64,000 bases of DNA from Dehalococcoidia bacterium (GCA_965204895.1 OZ242025.1:1793621-1857620); one strand, 5' to 3'; counted from the first letter of the stretch, positions 26,504-35,659 are shown. Program-made: numbers and translations. Notes: generated by a model from the sequence alone, not told the origin.

Positions 26504-27610
26504 ATGCCTGAGGAGCTTCTGGGAGCGTTTCCAGACCTCACCCCCGGCAACGCTGCCATGATTTGCATTGCCCTGGGCATGATATACCTGGGGGTGTCCA
26601 GGAAGTACGAGCCTCTGCTTCTTCTGCCCATTGGCCTTGGGGTGATGCTGGCCAACCTGCCGTCCACGGGCATCGCAGAGGACGACGGGTTCCTGGGGCT
26701 GCTGAGAAGGGCGGGGCTGGATAACGAGCTGTTCCCGCTGCTGATGTTCCTGGGTGTTGGCGCGCTGACCGACTTCACGCCCATGCTCCAGAGGCCTGTG
26801 ACGGTGCTACTGGGCGCGGCGGCCCAGTTCGGGATATTCGCGGCCCTCATCGCCGCGCTCTTTCTGGGGTGGAGCATGGAGAACGCGGGCGCCATCGGCA
26901 TTATTGGCTCCGCCGACGGCCCGACCACCATCTTCGTCTCCACGCAGCTGGCCGACGTGGACCTGTGGGGGCCGATAGCCGTGGCTGCCTACTCCTACAT
27001 GGCTATGGTCCCCCTGATACAGCCTCCAATTATGCGGGCGCTGACCACCAGGAAGGAACGCATGGTCAGGATGCCGTACCCGTCCCAGAGGGCGTCCTTC
27101 AAGGCCCGCATATTCTTCCCCATTATCGTCATCATACTGGGGAGCCTGATTGCTCCCAAGGCAGCGCCCCTCATTGGTATGCTCATGTTCGGCAACCTGC
27201 TCCGTGAGGTTGGTGTGGTGGACAGGCTGTCCCACGCCGCCCAGAACGAGCTGATTAACGTCACCACCATCTTCCTTGGCCTCACCGTCGGCTCCACGAT
27301 GACCGCCGAGCGTTTTCTGGAGCCACAGACCCTGGGCATATTCGCGCTGGGGCTGCTCGCCTTCGGAATAGCGACCTTTACCGGAGTGCTCTTCGGCAAG
27401 GTGATGTACTACGCGTCCAGGGGCCAGATAAACCCCCTGATAGGCGCGGCGGGCGTATCGGCGGTGCCAATGGCCGCGAGGGTTGTCCACAGGGTGGGGC
27501 AGGATGAGGACTCCGACAACTGGCTCATAATGCACGCCATGGGCCCCAACGTCGCAGGGGTCATTGGCTCGGCGATAGCCGGCGGCGTGATACTGGGGTA
27601 TCTGCTCTAG
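26504..27610 (+). CDS. Na+-transporting carboxylic-acid decarboxylase beta subunit (OadB/GcdB/MmdB family)
   Basis: Multi-TM ORF with family-typical segments IGIIGSADGPTTIFVS, AVAAYSYMAMVPLIQPPIM and GAAGVSAVPMAARV. Confidence 0.85.
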   Translation: MPEELLGAFPDLTPGNAAMICIALGMIYLGVSRKYEPLLLLPIGLGVMLANLPSTGIAEDDGFLGLLRRAGLDNELFPLLMFLGVGALTDFTPMLQRPVTVLLGAAAQFGIFAALIAALFLGWSMENAGAIGIIGSADGPTTIFVSTQLADVDLWGPIAVAAYSYMAMVPLIQPPIMRALTTRKERMVRMPYPSQRASFKARIFFPIIVIILGSLIAPKAAPLIGMLMFGNLLREVGVVDRLSHAAQNELINVTTIFLGLTVGSTMTAERFLEPQTLGIFALGLLAFGIATFTGVLFGKVMYYASRGQINPLIGAAGVSAVPMAARVVHRVGQDEDSDNWLIMHAMGPNVAGVIGSAIAGGVILGYLL

Positions 27611-27617
27611 GCTGTCC

Positions 27618-28058
27618 TTACGTCGCAATTGGCAGTGACGGCGCTTCCAGGACGACCTCGCTGCCCATGGCCCGCAGAGCATCGTTTAGACGGCTGACAG
27701 ACGTCCGATGACGAGGGTTGAGCATTCTCTGGACAACCTTCCTGTCCACGCCAAGGCGCTCAGCCAGGGCTGACTGGGTGAGGCCACTGGCGCGAAAGAC
27801 CAGGACCAGAGCAGCCTTTGCTGCCATGTCTATGGGCAGCGCGACCATGCGCTCGCCGGGCAGCGGAGCGCTGGGCGCCGGTATAGACTCCCCGGTCCTG
27901 AGGCGGCCATAGATGGCGGTATCCAGGGCATCCTCTGCTTCGAGAAGGGCCTCAGCCTCATCCTCGCCCGATGTGAGGCACTCCGGCAGGTCCCGGAAGG
28001 ACACTACAATCTCGTTCTCACTGTACCGCTTCAGTTGCGCCGGGTATATGAATTGCAT
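27618..28058 (-). CDS. hicB: HicB-family antitoxin with C-terminal HTH
   Basis: The N-terminal HicB fold pattern (YPAQL...VSFRDLPECLTSGEDEAEAL..AEDAL) is followed by an Xre-type HTH LTQSALAERLGVDRKVVQRML. It lies immediately downstream of the hicA-like gene. Confidence 0.8.
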   Translation of the reverse strand: MQFIYPAQLKRYSENEIVVSFRDLPECLTSGEDEAEALLEAEDALDTAIYGRLRTGESIPAPSAPLPGERMVALPIDMAAKAALVLVFRASGLTQSALAERLGVDRKVVQRMLNPRHRTSVSRLNDALRAMGSEVVLEAPSLPIAT

Positions 28059-28070
28059 GATGTACTCCTC

Positions 28071-28304
28071 TTACCTGAAGTCACTTCGCTGCAAGCCAAG
28101 CTGCCGAATCATTGAGGCAAGCAGGCCCGGGCCAAGCTCCTTGCGCAAGTCCTTGACGACCGTAACGCGGTCCCCATAGTAGAGCAGAACATGGCTGCCT
28201 TTTCCCCGTTCGGTATCTACCAGTACCTCAACGTCTCGCTGCCGTGCCAGTCTGGTCACCCGCTCAATGAACTCCCGGCCTGTCATGAGTATATAATGGG
28301 ACAC
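28071..28304 (-). CDS. hicA: HicA-family mRNA interferase toxin
   Basis: 77-aa ORF with the GKGSH motif and layout typical of HicA/YcfA. It precedes hicB by 12 nt. Confidence 0.7.
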   Translation of the reverse strand: MSHYILMTGREFIERVTRLARQRDVEVLVDTERGKGSHVLLYYGDRVTVVKDLRKELGPGLLASMIRQLGLQRSDFR

Positions 28305-28370
28305 ACATGTCCCTCCCGTCCATATTCTACGAGATTGCCCGGCCTGGACACAAGCCGGTGTTGCAGTTGC

Positions 28371-28398
28371 TTGACAGGCGGAATTGGCTTACTATGTC
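28371..28398 (+). promoter_or_regulatory. Candidate metF promoter
   Basis: TTGACA, 16-nt spacer, TATGTC, about 25 nt upstream of the metF ATG. Confidence 0.4.
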
Positions 28399-28420
28399 AG
28401 AGGTATAGAGGGCCACTCCT

Positions 28421-29320
28421 ATGAAATTCGCAGACTTCTATGCAGACGGCCGTCCGGCCATATCCTTCGAGCTGTTCCCTCCCAGGACCGAGCGTACCCT
28501 GGCCGAGCTTGAGGAGCGCCTGCCGAGGTTGATCGGCCTGGGGCCTTCCTTCATGACGGTGACCTACGGCGCGCTTGGCAGCACCCGCGACCTTACCCTG
28601 GAGGTGGCCTCCAAGATAAAGCTGGAGTACGGGATGGAGACCGCCCACCACCTGACCTGCGTTGGGTCCAGCCGGGACGAGATCACTGACATCCTTGCGG
28701 AGATACGCTCCCAAGGCATAGAGAACATCGTAGCCCTTCGCGGAGACCCGCCCCGCGGGGAGACGGAGTTCACGCCCCCGGAGGACGGCTACGGCCACGG
28801 CAACGAGCTTGTGGAGCACATCAACCGTATCGGTGGGTTCAGCGTCGCCGTGGCGGGGTACCCGGAGAAGCACCTGGAAGCGCCGGACTTTGAGACTGAT
28901 CTGCGGAACCTGAAGCGCAAGGTGGACAGCGGCGCGGATGGCGTAATCACCCAGCTCTTCTACGACAACAGCGACTTCTTCAGCTTTGTAGACCGGTGCC
29001 GGGCCATTGGCATTGAGCAGCCCATAGTGCCCGGCCTCATGCCCATACTGAACGTGCAGCAGATCAAGCGCATCACGGATATGTGCGGCGCCACCATCCC
29101 AGACGATCTCCTTGAACAGCTTAACGACGCAGAGGACGACGAGGAGAGTGTGCACCAGATAGGCATTGTGCACACGGCTGACCAGGCCATTGACCTGTTG
29201 GATCATGGGGTACCGGGCATCCACTTCTACGTCCTGAACCGCCACTTCCACATCGCCGATATCATGGAGCGCATACAGCCCGCGCTGCAGCGCAGAGGGG
29301 GAATAGCAACGGCGGGCTAG
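28421..29320 (+). CDS. metF: 5,10-methylenetetrahydrofolate reductase
   Basis: Full-length MetF-like pattern (SFELFPP, TVTYGA, HLTC, ALRGDPP, VAGYPE). Confidence 0.88.
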   Translation: MKFADFYADGRPAISFELFPPRTERTLAELEERLPRLIGLGPSFMTVTYGALGSTRDLTLEVASKIKLEYGMETAHHLTCVGSSRDEITDILAEIRSQGIENIVALRGDPPRGETEFTPPEDGYGHGNELVEHINRIGGFSVAVAGYPEKHLEAPDFETDLRNLKRKVDSGADGVITQLFYDNSDFFSFVDRCRAIGIEQPIVPGLMPILNVQQIKRITDMCGATIPDDLLEQLNDAEDDEESVHQIGIVHTADQAIDLLDHGVPGIHFYVLNRHFHIADIMERIQPALQRRGGIATAG

Positions 29321-29410
29321 GGTGGTGATGTTCGGTACAAATGGATGGCGCCGTCTCTTATATGCCTACTTCACTAGTGCAGGGGCCAGAAGAGGATAGG
29401 AGGCGATATA

Positions 29411-30193
29411 ATGTTGGTATTCCTGGACGAAAGCGGGATACCACACCCGAATGACTCGAATCTAAATCCAGTCGTGGTCGCCGTGTGCATTGATCGAAAC
29501 CTCACGAGATCAATGGCCGGCCAGATATTTGCCCTAAAGCGGCGTTTAGGCACACCTGATATTGAGTTGAAGGGAGTAAACCTCATAACTCGCAGGGTTT
29601 TCGAGAGGCGTGAGAACGAATGGGAATTAGTGGAGTCCTTTTTTGACCTTTGCCGTACGCTTCCGTTCACACTCTTTTGCGTAGTGATGGAGCATCCACA
29701 AGAACTGCCACACGGGAGCGAACCTGGTGGCGAGAACTACCTCCCTAATCAATACCGATACCTGCTCCAGAGAATAGACCTATTGGCAGAAGAGTCCGGG
29801 AAAATGGCTACTCTCCTCTTTGACGGAGACGGCCCTTCCATGTTCGGCGGTACTTTGCCTAAGAAGTTTGAATCATTTCTATACCGTTCCACCGAGGGCA
29901 GATCATTTACAAACATATCGGATGCCCCGTACTTTGTTGACTCGCGCTTAACACAGGGTATTCAGATTGCAGACATGGCAGCGTATGTCTGTAGAATCTA
30001 TCAGGAGAATAGACTATACGAGGGTTTACCTCAGGGCGACCGATACCTTTCAGCAATAAACAGGTACTACGGTGTTCTCAGGGCCAAGTCGGTTGACCTA
30101 GTTTCCAACGAGGGCTTTGCTCGTCCTGGAATGTATATTATGCCCGAGAGAGATCATTACCGTAGAGAGGGCGAGCAAGGGCACTTGGTCTAG
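29411..30193 (+). CDS. DUF3800 family protein
   Basis: The N-terminus MLVFLDESG is the DUF3800 hallmark. The conserved IQIADM segment lies late in the protein. The gene is visibly AT-richer than its neighbours. Confidence 0.7.
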   Translation: MLVFLDESGIPHPNDSNLNPVVVAVCIDRNLTRSMAGQIFALKRRLGTPDIELKGVNLITRRVFERRENEWELVESFFDLCRTLPFTLFCVVMEHPQELPHGSEPGGENYLPNQYRYLLQRIDLLAEESGKMATLLFDGDGPSMFGGTLPKKFESFLYRSTEGRSFTNISDAPYFVDSRLTQGIQIADMAAYVCRIYQENRLYEGLPQGDRYLSAINRYYGVLRAKSVDLVSNEGFARPGMYIMPERDHYRREGEQGHLV

Positions 30194-30199
30194 TAGCCA

Positions 30200-30298
30200 T
30201 AATCAAAAACGGACGGCACACTCTGCACCGTCCGTTGATAGCAAATCTTCTAAACCTGGAACCGCAAATAACCCCCGGCGGGAATTACAACTGGCTCC
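30200..30298 (-). ncRNA. Candidate transcript of about 95 nt (sRNA or leaderless 16-codon micro-ORF MEPVVIPAGGYLRFQV)
   Basis: It is bounded by the promoter at 30305..30333(-) and by a 9-bp hairpin (30236..30228 with 30216..30208) followed by TTTTTG on the minus strand. Confidence 0.3.
30208..30236 (-). terminator. Intrinsic terminator (minus-strand U-tract), possibly also the stop hairpin for the convergent DUF3800 gene
   Basis: aacggacgg-N11-ccgtccgtt. The minus strand continues tttttg. Confidence 0.5.
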
Positions 30299-30304
30299 AT
30301 TGAA

Positions 30305-30333
30305 ATCATATGTTGAATAAAGATGTTTGTCAA
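30305..30333 (-). promoter_or_regulatory. Orphan near-consensus promoter on the minus strand
   Basis: The minus strand reads TTGACA aacatctttattcaaca TATGAT ttcaATG, with a 17-nt spacer. Confidence 0.45.
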
Positions 30334-30415
30334 CTCGCTTAAAACTACTGCCGCTTCAAGGGTCAGATCGAGTGCCGTTCGCTTATCTTCACCATTATAG
30401 CCCCGCCCCCCGCCG

Positions 30416-30444
30416 TTGACAGGCAAGGGGCCATTCTCTAAACT
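30416..30444 (+). promoter_or_regulatory. Candidate glyA promoter
   Basis: TTGACA, 17-nt spacer, TAAACT, about 115 nt upstream of the glyA ATG. Confidence 0.45.
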
Positions 30445-30488
30445 AAAACTTGCAAAGACCCGCTTTTTGCCTGTAAGTGTGGCATGTC

Positions 30489-30530
30489 GGGAGAGCTACA
30501 GTAGCGCTATACGTAGCTCTCCCTCTATTT
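30489..30530 (+). promoter_or_regulatory. Terminator-like hairpin in the glyA leader
   Basis: gggagagctac-N13-gtagctctccc followed by tctattt, about 30 nt upstream of the glyA RBS. Confidence 0.4.
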
Positions 30531-30560
30531 GAGGCTTTGTAGTGCAGTTAAGGAGGCCCA

Positions 30561-31805
30561 ATGAGCGCATTGCGAGAGAAAGACCCTGACGTAGCCCTGG
30601 CCATCGAGAAGGAGTCCGAGAGGCAGAGGAGGAACATTGTCCTCATCGCTTCCGAGAACTACGCCAGCCAGGCGGTGCTGGAAGCCCAGGGCTCTGTGCT
30701 GACCAACAAGTACGCCGAAGGCTACCCCGGGCGTCGATACTACGGCGGCTGTGAGTACGTGGACATCGCCGAGCAGCTGGCGATCGACAGGGCGAGCGCC
30801 CTGTTCGGGGCGGAGTACGTCAACGTCCAGCCTCACAGCGGAGCGCAGGCGAACATGGCGGCCTACTTCGCCATCCTGGAGCCGGGAGACACCGTGCTGG
30901 GCATGAGGCTTGACCAGGGCGGGCACCTCACCCACGGCAGCCCGGTGAACTTCTCCGGCAAGCTGTACAACTTCGCGGCCTATGGCGTTGACAGGGAGAC
31001 GGAGCACGTGGACTACGACGAGGTGGAGCGGCTGGCCCTGGAGCACAAGCCCAAGGTCATTGTGGCCGGGTACACGGCGTATCCCAGGACCATCGACTTT
31101 CCCAGGTTCAGGGAGATCGCCGACAAGGTGGGCGCGCTCCTCATGGTGGACATGGCCCACATCGCCGGGCTCATTGCCGCCGGGGTGCACCCTTCTCCGC
31201 TGCCCCACGCCAACGTGGTCACGTCCACCACCCACAAGACAATGAGGGGGCCAAGGGGAGCCTTCATCCTGTCCACCCAGGACAGGGCGCGGGCCATCAA
31301 CAGCGCCGTCTTCCCCTTCACCCAGGGCGGGCCCATGATGCACGCCATCGCAGGCAAGGCAGTGGCCTTTGGCGAGGCGCTGCAGCCGGAGTTCAAGGAG
31401 TACCAGCAGGGCGTCGTGGACAACGCCCGGACACTGGCCCAGGGCCTCACCGAGAGCGGGCTGAGGGTCGTTTCCGGCGGCACGGACAATCACCTGGTGC
31501 TCGTCGACCTGACGCCCATCAACGTCACCGGCCAGGAGGCGGAGGACGCCCTTGGCAAGGTGAACATCACCGTCAACAAGAACGCCATCCCCTTCGATGC
31601 GCGTCCGCCCAGGGTCACCAGCGGCCTGCGCCTTGGGACACCGGCGGTCACCAGCCGGGGCTTTGGCGTAGAGGAGATGCGGGACATTTCCCGTCTGATA
31701 GTCAAGACCCTTGCCAACATCGGAGACGCGGCGGTGGAGAAGGAGGTCAGGGAGGACGTGGAAGGGATTGGCTCCCGGTTTCCGGTGCCGGGCCTGGATT
31801 CGTGA
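30561..31805 (+). CDS. glyA: Serine hydroxymethyltransferase
   Basis: PLP-lysine motif [13 protein letters not shown] with full-length SHMT pattern. AGGAGG RBS. Confidence 0.95.
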   Translation: MSALREKDPDVALAIEKESERQRRNIVLIASENYASQAVLEAQGSVLTNKYAEGYPGRRYYGGCEYVDIAEQLAIDRASALFGAEYVNVQPHSGAQANMAAYFAILEPGDTVLGMRLDQGGHLTHGSPVNFSGKLYNFAAYGVDRETEHVDYDEVERLALEHKPKVIVAGYTAYPRTIDFPRFREIADKVGALLMVDMAHIAGLIAAGVHPSPLPHANVVTSTTHKTMRGPRGAFILSTQDRARAINSAVFPFTQGGPMMHAIAGKAVAFGEALQPEFKEYQQGVVDNARTLAQGLTESGLRVVSGGTDNHLVLVDLTPINVTGQEAEDALGKVNITVNKNAIPFDARPPRVTSGLRLGTPAVTSRGFGVEEMRDISRLIVKTLANIGDAAVEKEVREDVEGIGSRFPVPGLDS

Positions 31806-31876
31806 GCGGCTAGCTTCGCCGGGCCTCAGTGCGCAGCGTTGACGCTGTGCGCGTGGCTGGTTATCATCGAAACACA

Positions 31877-32812
31877 ATGGCGGAAGCAGAGAAAGTACCG
31901 CACGCCTGGGGGTGGGCCACGCCCAAAGCCCTCCTCTCCTCCATGCGCCCGCGCCAGTGGACAAAGAACCTCATCATCTACTTCGCCTTCTTCTTCACCG
32001 TAAACCAGGGGTGGCAGCTTGATGACATTGGCGAAGCGACGCGCCTCTTTGCACGCACCACCATTGCCTTTGCCCTGTTCTGCCTGGTCACCAGCGCCGT
32101 TTATCTGATTAACGACGTAGCCGACGCGGAGAAGGACAGGCGTCATCCCGAAAAGCGACACCGGCCCGTTGCCGCGGGGACTCTGCCGCCGGCGCTGGCC
32201 CTGGGCATGGCCTTCCTTATGGCGACGGGCAGCATTGCGCTTGCGGCTGTCCTTGACCCGATGTTCGCGCTGGTGGCGCTGATCTACTTCGTCGTGATGA
32301 TCGCCTACTCCACGTACCTGAAGCGCCTGGTCATCCTCGACGTCTTCACCATTAGCGCGGGGTTCGTGCTGAGGGCTGTGGCGGGCGCGATCATACTGGG
32401 CGTGGTCATATCGCCCTGGCTGTACGTCTGCACCAGCCTGGGCGCTCTGTTCCTGGGCTTTGCCAAGCGCCTCAACGAGTCCGTGCTGGCCGGAGAGGAA
32501 GCCGGCCTCCAGCGAGAGGCCCTGGACGACTACAACCCCAAGTTCCTGGAGCAGCTCATCGCGATTGTGGCTCCGGCCACCCTGGTCTCCTACATCCTCT
32601 ACACCTTCACCTCCGAGAACCTGCCCGACAACCACGCCATGATGCTCACCATTCCCTTTGTCATGTACGGCCTCTTCCGCTACCTCTACCTGGTCCACAA
32701 CAAGAACCTGGGGGAGAGCCCGGAGGAGATACTCCTCACCGACAAGCCGCTTATGCTGAACATCGCGCTCTGGCTGATAAGCGCCTCTGCAGTGCTGGTG
32801 GTGTACAGGTAG
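31877..32812 (+). CDS. UbiA-family prenyltransferase, decaprenyl-phosphate phosphoribosyltransferase-like
   Basis: RPRQWTKNL, Asp-rich motif NDVADAEKDRRHPEKRHRPVAAG and 8-9 TM helices. ATG 31877 preferred within ORF 31829..32812. Confidence 0.8.
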   Translation: MAEAEKVPHAWGWATPKALLSSMRPRQWTKNLIIYFAFFFTVNQGWQLDDIGEATRLFARTTIAFALFCLVTSAVYLINDVADAEKDRRHPEKRHRPVAAGTLPPALALGMAFLMATGSIALAAVLDPMFALVALIYFVVMIAYSTYLKRLVILDVFTISAGFVLRAVAGAIILGVVISPWLYVCTSLGALFLGFAKRLNESVLAGEEAGLQREALDDYNPKFLEQLIAIVAPATLVSYILYTFTSENLPDNHAMMLTIPFVMYGLFRYLYLVHNKNLGESPEEILLTDKPLMLNIALWLISASAVLVVYR

Positions 32813-33044
32813 CGTGGTTTTGTGTAGCGTCAGGCTGACAGATTGCTTCATCCAGAAACGCTTGATAAGAGAATCTTGTGTAGCCATGTGGCCTTCCCAA
32901 AAAGCCCAATGCTCTTTTGCATGGTAAACAAGAGGGGTTATCCCCGCGCAGGCGGAAATCAATCCAGGCGGTGAGGCAAAGGGCGCGGGCCATGGGTTAT
33001 AATAGACGGCACAGACGCCCGCGACCAAAGGAGACACCGACGAC

Positions 33045-33401
33045 ATGGGGACCTTCAAGCGCCCGTTGCGGATTTCCAGCATGGACGGACAACGCGCCCG
33101 GGACATAGAGGCCACGGTGGACGCCGGCGCCTTCTTCACCACGCTGCCCGCGCCTCTGCTGAGGGAGTTAGGCATTGAGCCGGTGGACAGCCGCAGGTTT
33201 GTCGTGGGTGACGGTCGGGGCGTTCAGATGGACATTGGCCGAGCGTGGGTTACGGTGGACGGCAGAAGCGAAGTTACTATTGTAGCCTTTGGGGAAGACG
33301 ACTCTCCCCCGGTGCTGGGGGCGTATACGCTGGAGGGCCTGATACTGGCTGTTGATCCCGCGGGAGAGCGGCTGGTCCCCATAGACCTCCTTTCTCTCTA
33401 G
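33045..33401 (+). CDS. Retropepsin-like (clan AA) aspartyl protease, stand-alone
   Basis: 118-aa ORF with VDAGA at the D(T/S/A)GA catalytic position and a downstream LG.YTLEGL flap/dimer region. Confidence 0.65.
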   Translation: MGTFKRPLRISSMDGQRARDIEATVDAGAFFTTLPAPLLRELGIEPVDSRRFVVGDGRGVQMDIGRAWVTVDGRSEVTIVAFGEDDSPPVLGAYTLEGLILAVDPAGERLVPIDLLSL

Positions 33402-33443
33402 GCGCGGGCCCGCCGTTGCAAGGACTACTGAGCAGATGAATCG

Positions 33444-33965
33444 ATGAACAGAGCCATAACGGAGTTCCAGTACTGCCCCCGGTGCGGGACGCGCCTGTCG
33501 GACGCAGACATCGACGGTAGCGGGATTCTCCGATGCCCGGACTGCCGGTTCAACATCATTCGCAGGCCGGTGATTGGGGTGGGCGTGGTCGTTCTGGACG
33601 GCAAGACGGTCGTATTGGGGCGACGCACCCTGATGGGAGGCCGTCGCTACCAGGGCCACTGGTGCATCCCCTGCGGCTATCTGGAGTGGGGCGAGGAGGT
33701 GCGCACGGCCGCTGCCAGGGAGTTCCTGGAGGAGACGGGGCTTGAGGTTGAGATAGTCGACGTGTACGCCGTCCACTCCAACTTCCACAACCCCAACGAC
33801 CTGACGGTAGGGGTATGGTTCAAGGGGAGGGTCGTGGGGGGCGCGCTTCAGGCCGGGGACGACCTAGACATGGTTGGCTACTTCCCCCTGGACGACCTGC
33901 CGGAGCCCATCGCCTTTCCCACGGACCGCCTGGTGCTGGAGCAGCTACGGCGTGAGTTGAAATGA
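33444..33965 (+). CDS. NUDIX hydrolase with N-terminal zinc ribbon
   Basis: CPRCG...CPDC zinc ribbon followed by the Nudix box GYLEWGEEVRTAAAREFLEETGL. Confidence 0.85.
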   Translation: MNRAITEFQYCPRCGTRLSDADIDGSGILRCPDCRFNIIRRPVIGVGVVVLDGKTVVLGRRTLMGGRRYQGHWCIPCGYLEWGEEVRTAAAREFLEETGLEVEIVDVYAVHSNFHNPNDLTVGVWFKGRVVGGALQAGDDLDMVGYFPLDDLPEPIAFPTDRLVLEQLRRELK

Positions 33966-34754
33966 GCCTCCGCTTGAAGAATGGCGCTTCTCGTACTCCC
34001 TTGCGCCGCTCAGGTAATCCAGACTCGCTCCAGCTATGAGGTTGGTGAGGCCGGTGCACAGGTACTGGAAGCCGCGCCTTCTCCAGTGCTCGTAGGCCTC
34101 CGGGCTCCCAGCGATGGTGCCTGCCGCCTTGCCCGCGCCCGTTATGACCCGACCTGCTTCTTCAATGGCGGCCAGCACTTCGGGGTGGGTGGGTTGGCCG
34201 GGATAGCCCATGGCGCTGGACAGGTCCGTGGGCCCAAGGAATACAAGGTCAACCAGATCGACGCTTGCGATCTCCTTAACCTTGGCAAGGGCCTCCGTGG
34301 TCTCCACCTGCACGCACACCAGGGTCTCCTCGTTGGCTGTGCGGACGTACTCGGCCAGGTCTATGTTGGTCCCGTACCTCGTGGCTCGATGGGCGGCCAG
34401 GCCGCGCCGTCCCAGGGGCGGGTATTTGGTGGCGGCCACCACCATCTCCGCTTCCTCCCTTGAGTTGACCATAGGGATTTGGACGCCGCATACTCCGGTG
34501 TCCAGGTATCGCAGGAGATTCTGGGGGAGGTTCAGGGCCACCCTCACCATGGAAGCCATGCCGGAGGCGTCGGCGGCGCGCACCATGTGCTCGCAGGTGT
34601 CCATGTCAACGGGACTGTGCTCTGCGTCGATGATTATGAAGTCGAATCCGGCAATGCCCAGCATCTCCGCCGCCGCCGGCGAAGGGAGGTTGCAAAACAG
34701 TCCCACCGCGGCGTCGCCCGCTCTCAGCTTCTCCTTGATGGGGTTCTTATTCAT
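33945..34754 (-). CDS. HpcH/HpaI-family aldolase
   Basis: LRAGDAAVGLFCNLPSPAAAEMLGIAGFDFIIIDAEHSP and full-length family pattern. Its 3' end overlaps the convergent NUDIX gene by 21 nt. Confidence 0.85.
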   Translation of the reverse strand: MNKNPIKEKLRAGDAAVGLFCNLPSPAAAEMLGIAGFDFIIIDAEHSPVDMDTCEHMVRAADASGMASMVRVALNLPQNLLRYLDTGVCGVQIPMVNSREEAEMVVAATKYPPLGRRGLAAHRATRYGTNIDLAEYVRTANEETLVCVQVETTEALAKVKEIASVDLVDLVFLGPTDLSSAMGYPGQPTHPEVLAAIEEAGRVITGAGKAAGTIAGSPEAYEHWRRRGFQYLCTGLTNLIAGASLDYLSGAREYEKRHSSSGGSFQLTP

Positions 34755-34936
34755 TCTTCCCTCCTGACGGCGGTTGATGCCAACTGCACCACTTTATCTG
34801 AGACGTAATAATGCGTCAATACGGGAGATGAGGTGTCCTGACGCCCAGCGCTTTAATGCGCCTGCGCTTTGGTGTATAATTATAGTGGGTATGTGTTCCT
34901 GGAACACGCCCGGAGACGACAAGGAGGATCAAAGAT

Positions 34937-35659
34937 TTGTCTCTGCCGGTCATTGGAGTAGCAGCCTCGGACGCAGATTGGGCCCGAACCTACAGAGAGG
35001 CGGCGGAGAGGGGTGGGATGGAGACCCGGCTGCTTCTGCCTGACGACCCCGAGAAGGTCTCGGAGACGCTGGCTGCCCTCGACGGCATACTGCTGACCGG
35101 CGGAGCGGATATAGACCCCGGCCACTACAACCAGGAGCCTGATCCAAACGCTGGACTGGACGAACCCAACCACCCACAGGACAGGTGGGAGATAGCCCTG
35201 CTGGAGGCCGCGCTGCAGGCGGACATGCCCGTCTTGGGTATCTGCCGCGGGATGCAGCTTATGAACGTGGTCTTTGGCGGGAAGCTCATCCAGCACCTGT
35301 CGGGGCACCGCACGGAGCCCGGTTCCATGAAGTCGGCGTACCACCGGGTGTACATATCCCCCGGCAGCAAGCTGGCGGCCATACTCGGCTCCGGCGGCTT
35401 CGTGCAGGTGAACAGCCGGCATCATCAGGGCGTGAGCGAGCCGCAGAAGGCGCCGTCGCTTATGGCGTCGGCCTACTCCCTGGAGGACGGCCTCATCGAG
35501 GCCCTTGAGAGCCCGGCCCACGACTGGGTCATAGGCGTTCAGTGGCACAACGAGAACGAGGAGGAATTGCCCAAGAGCTTCGGGAATCTTTTCCTGGCTC
35601 TGGCGGAACGAGGGGAGATGTACTCCCAGAAGAGAGGGGCCGGCCCTGACCAGGGGTAA
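34937..35659 (+). CDS. Class I glutamine amidotransferase, gamma-glutamyl-GABA hydrolase (peptidase C26) family
   Basis: Nucleophile elbow GICRGMQLMN and HH..V/QWH motifs. TTG start after AAGGAGG. Confidence 0.8.
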   Translation: MSLPVIGVAASDADWARTYREAAERGGMETRLLLPDDPEKVSETLAALDGILLTGGADIDPGHYNQEPDPNAGLDEPNHPQDRWEIALLEAALQADMPVLGICRGMQLMNVVFGGKLIQHLSGHRTEPGSMKSAYHRVYISPGSKLAAILGSGGFVQVNSRHHQGVSEPQKAPSLMASAYSLEDGLIEALESPAHDWVIGVQWHNENEEELPKSFGNLFLALAERGEMYSQKRGAGPDQG

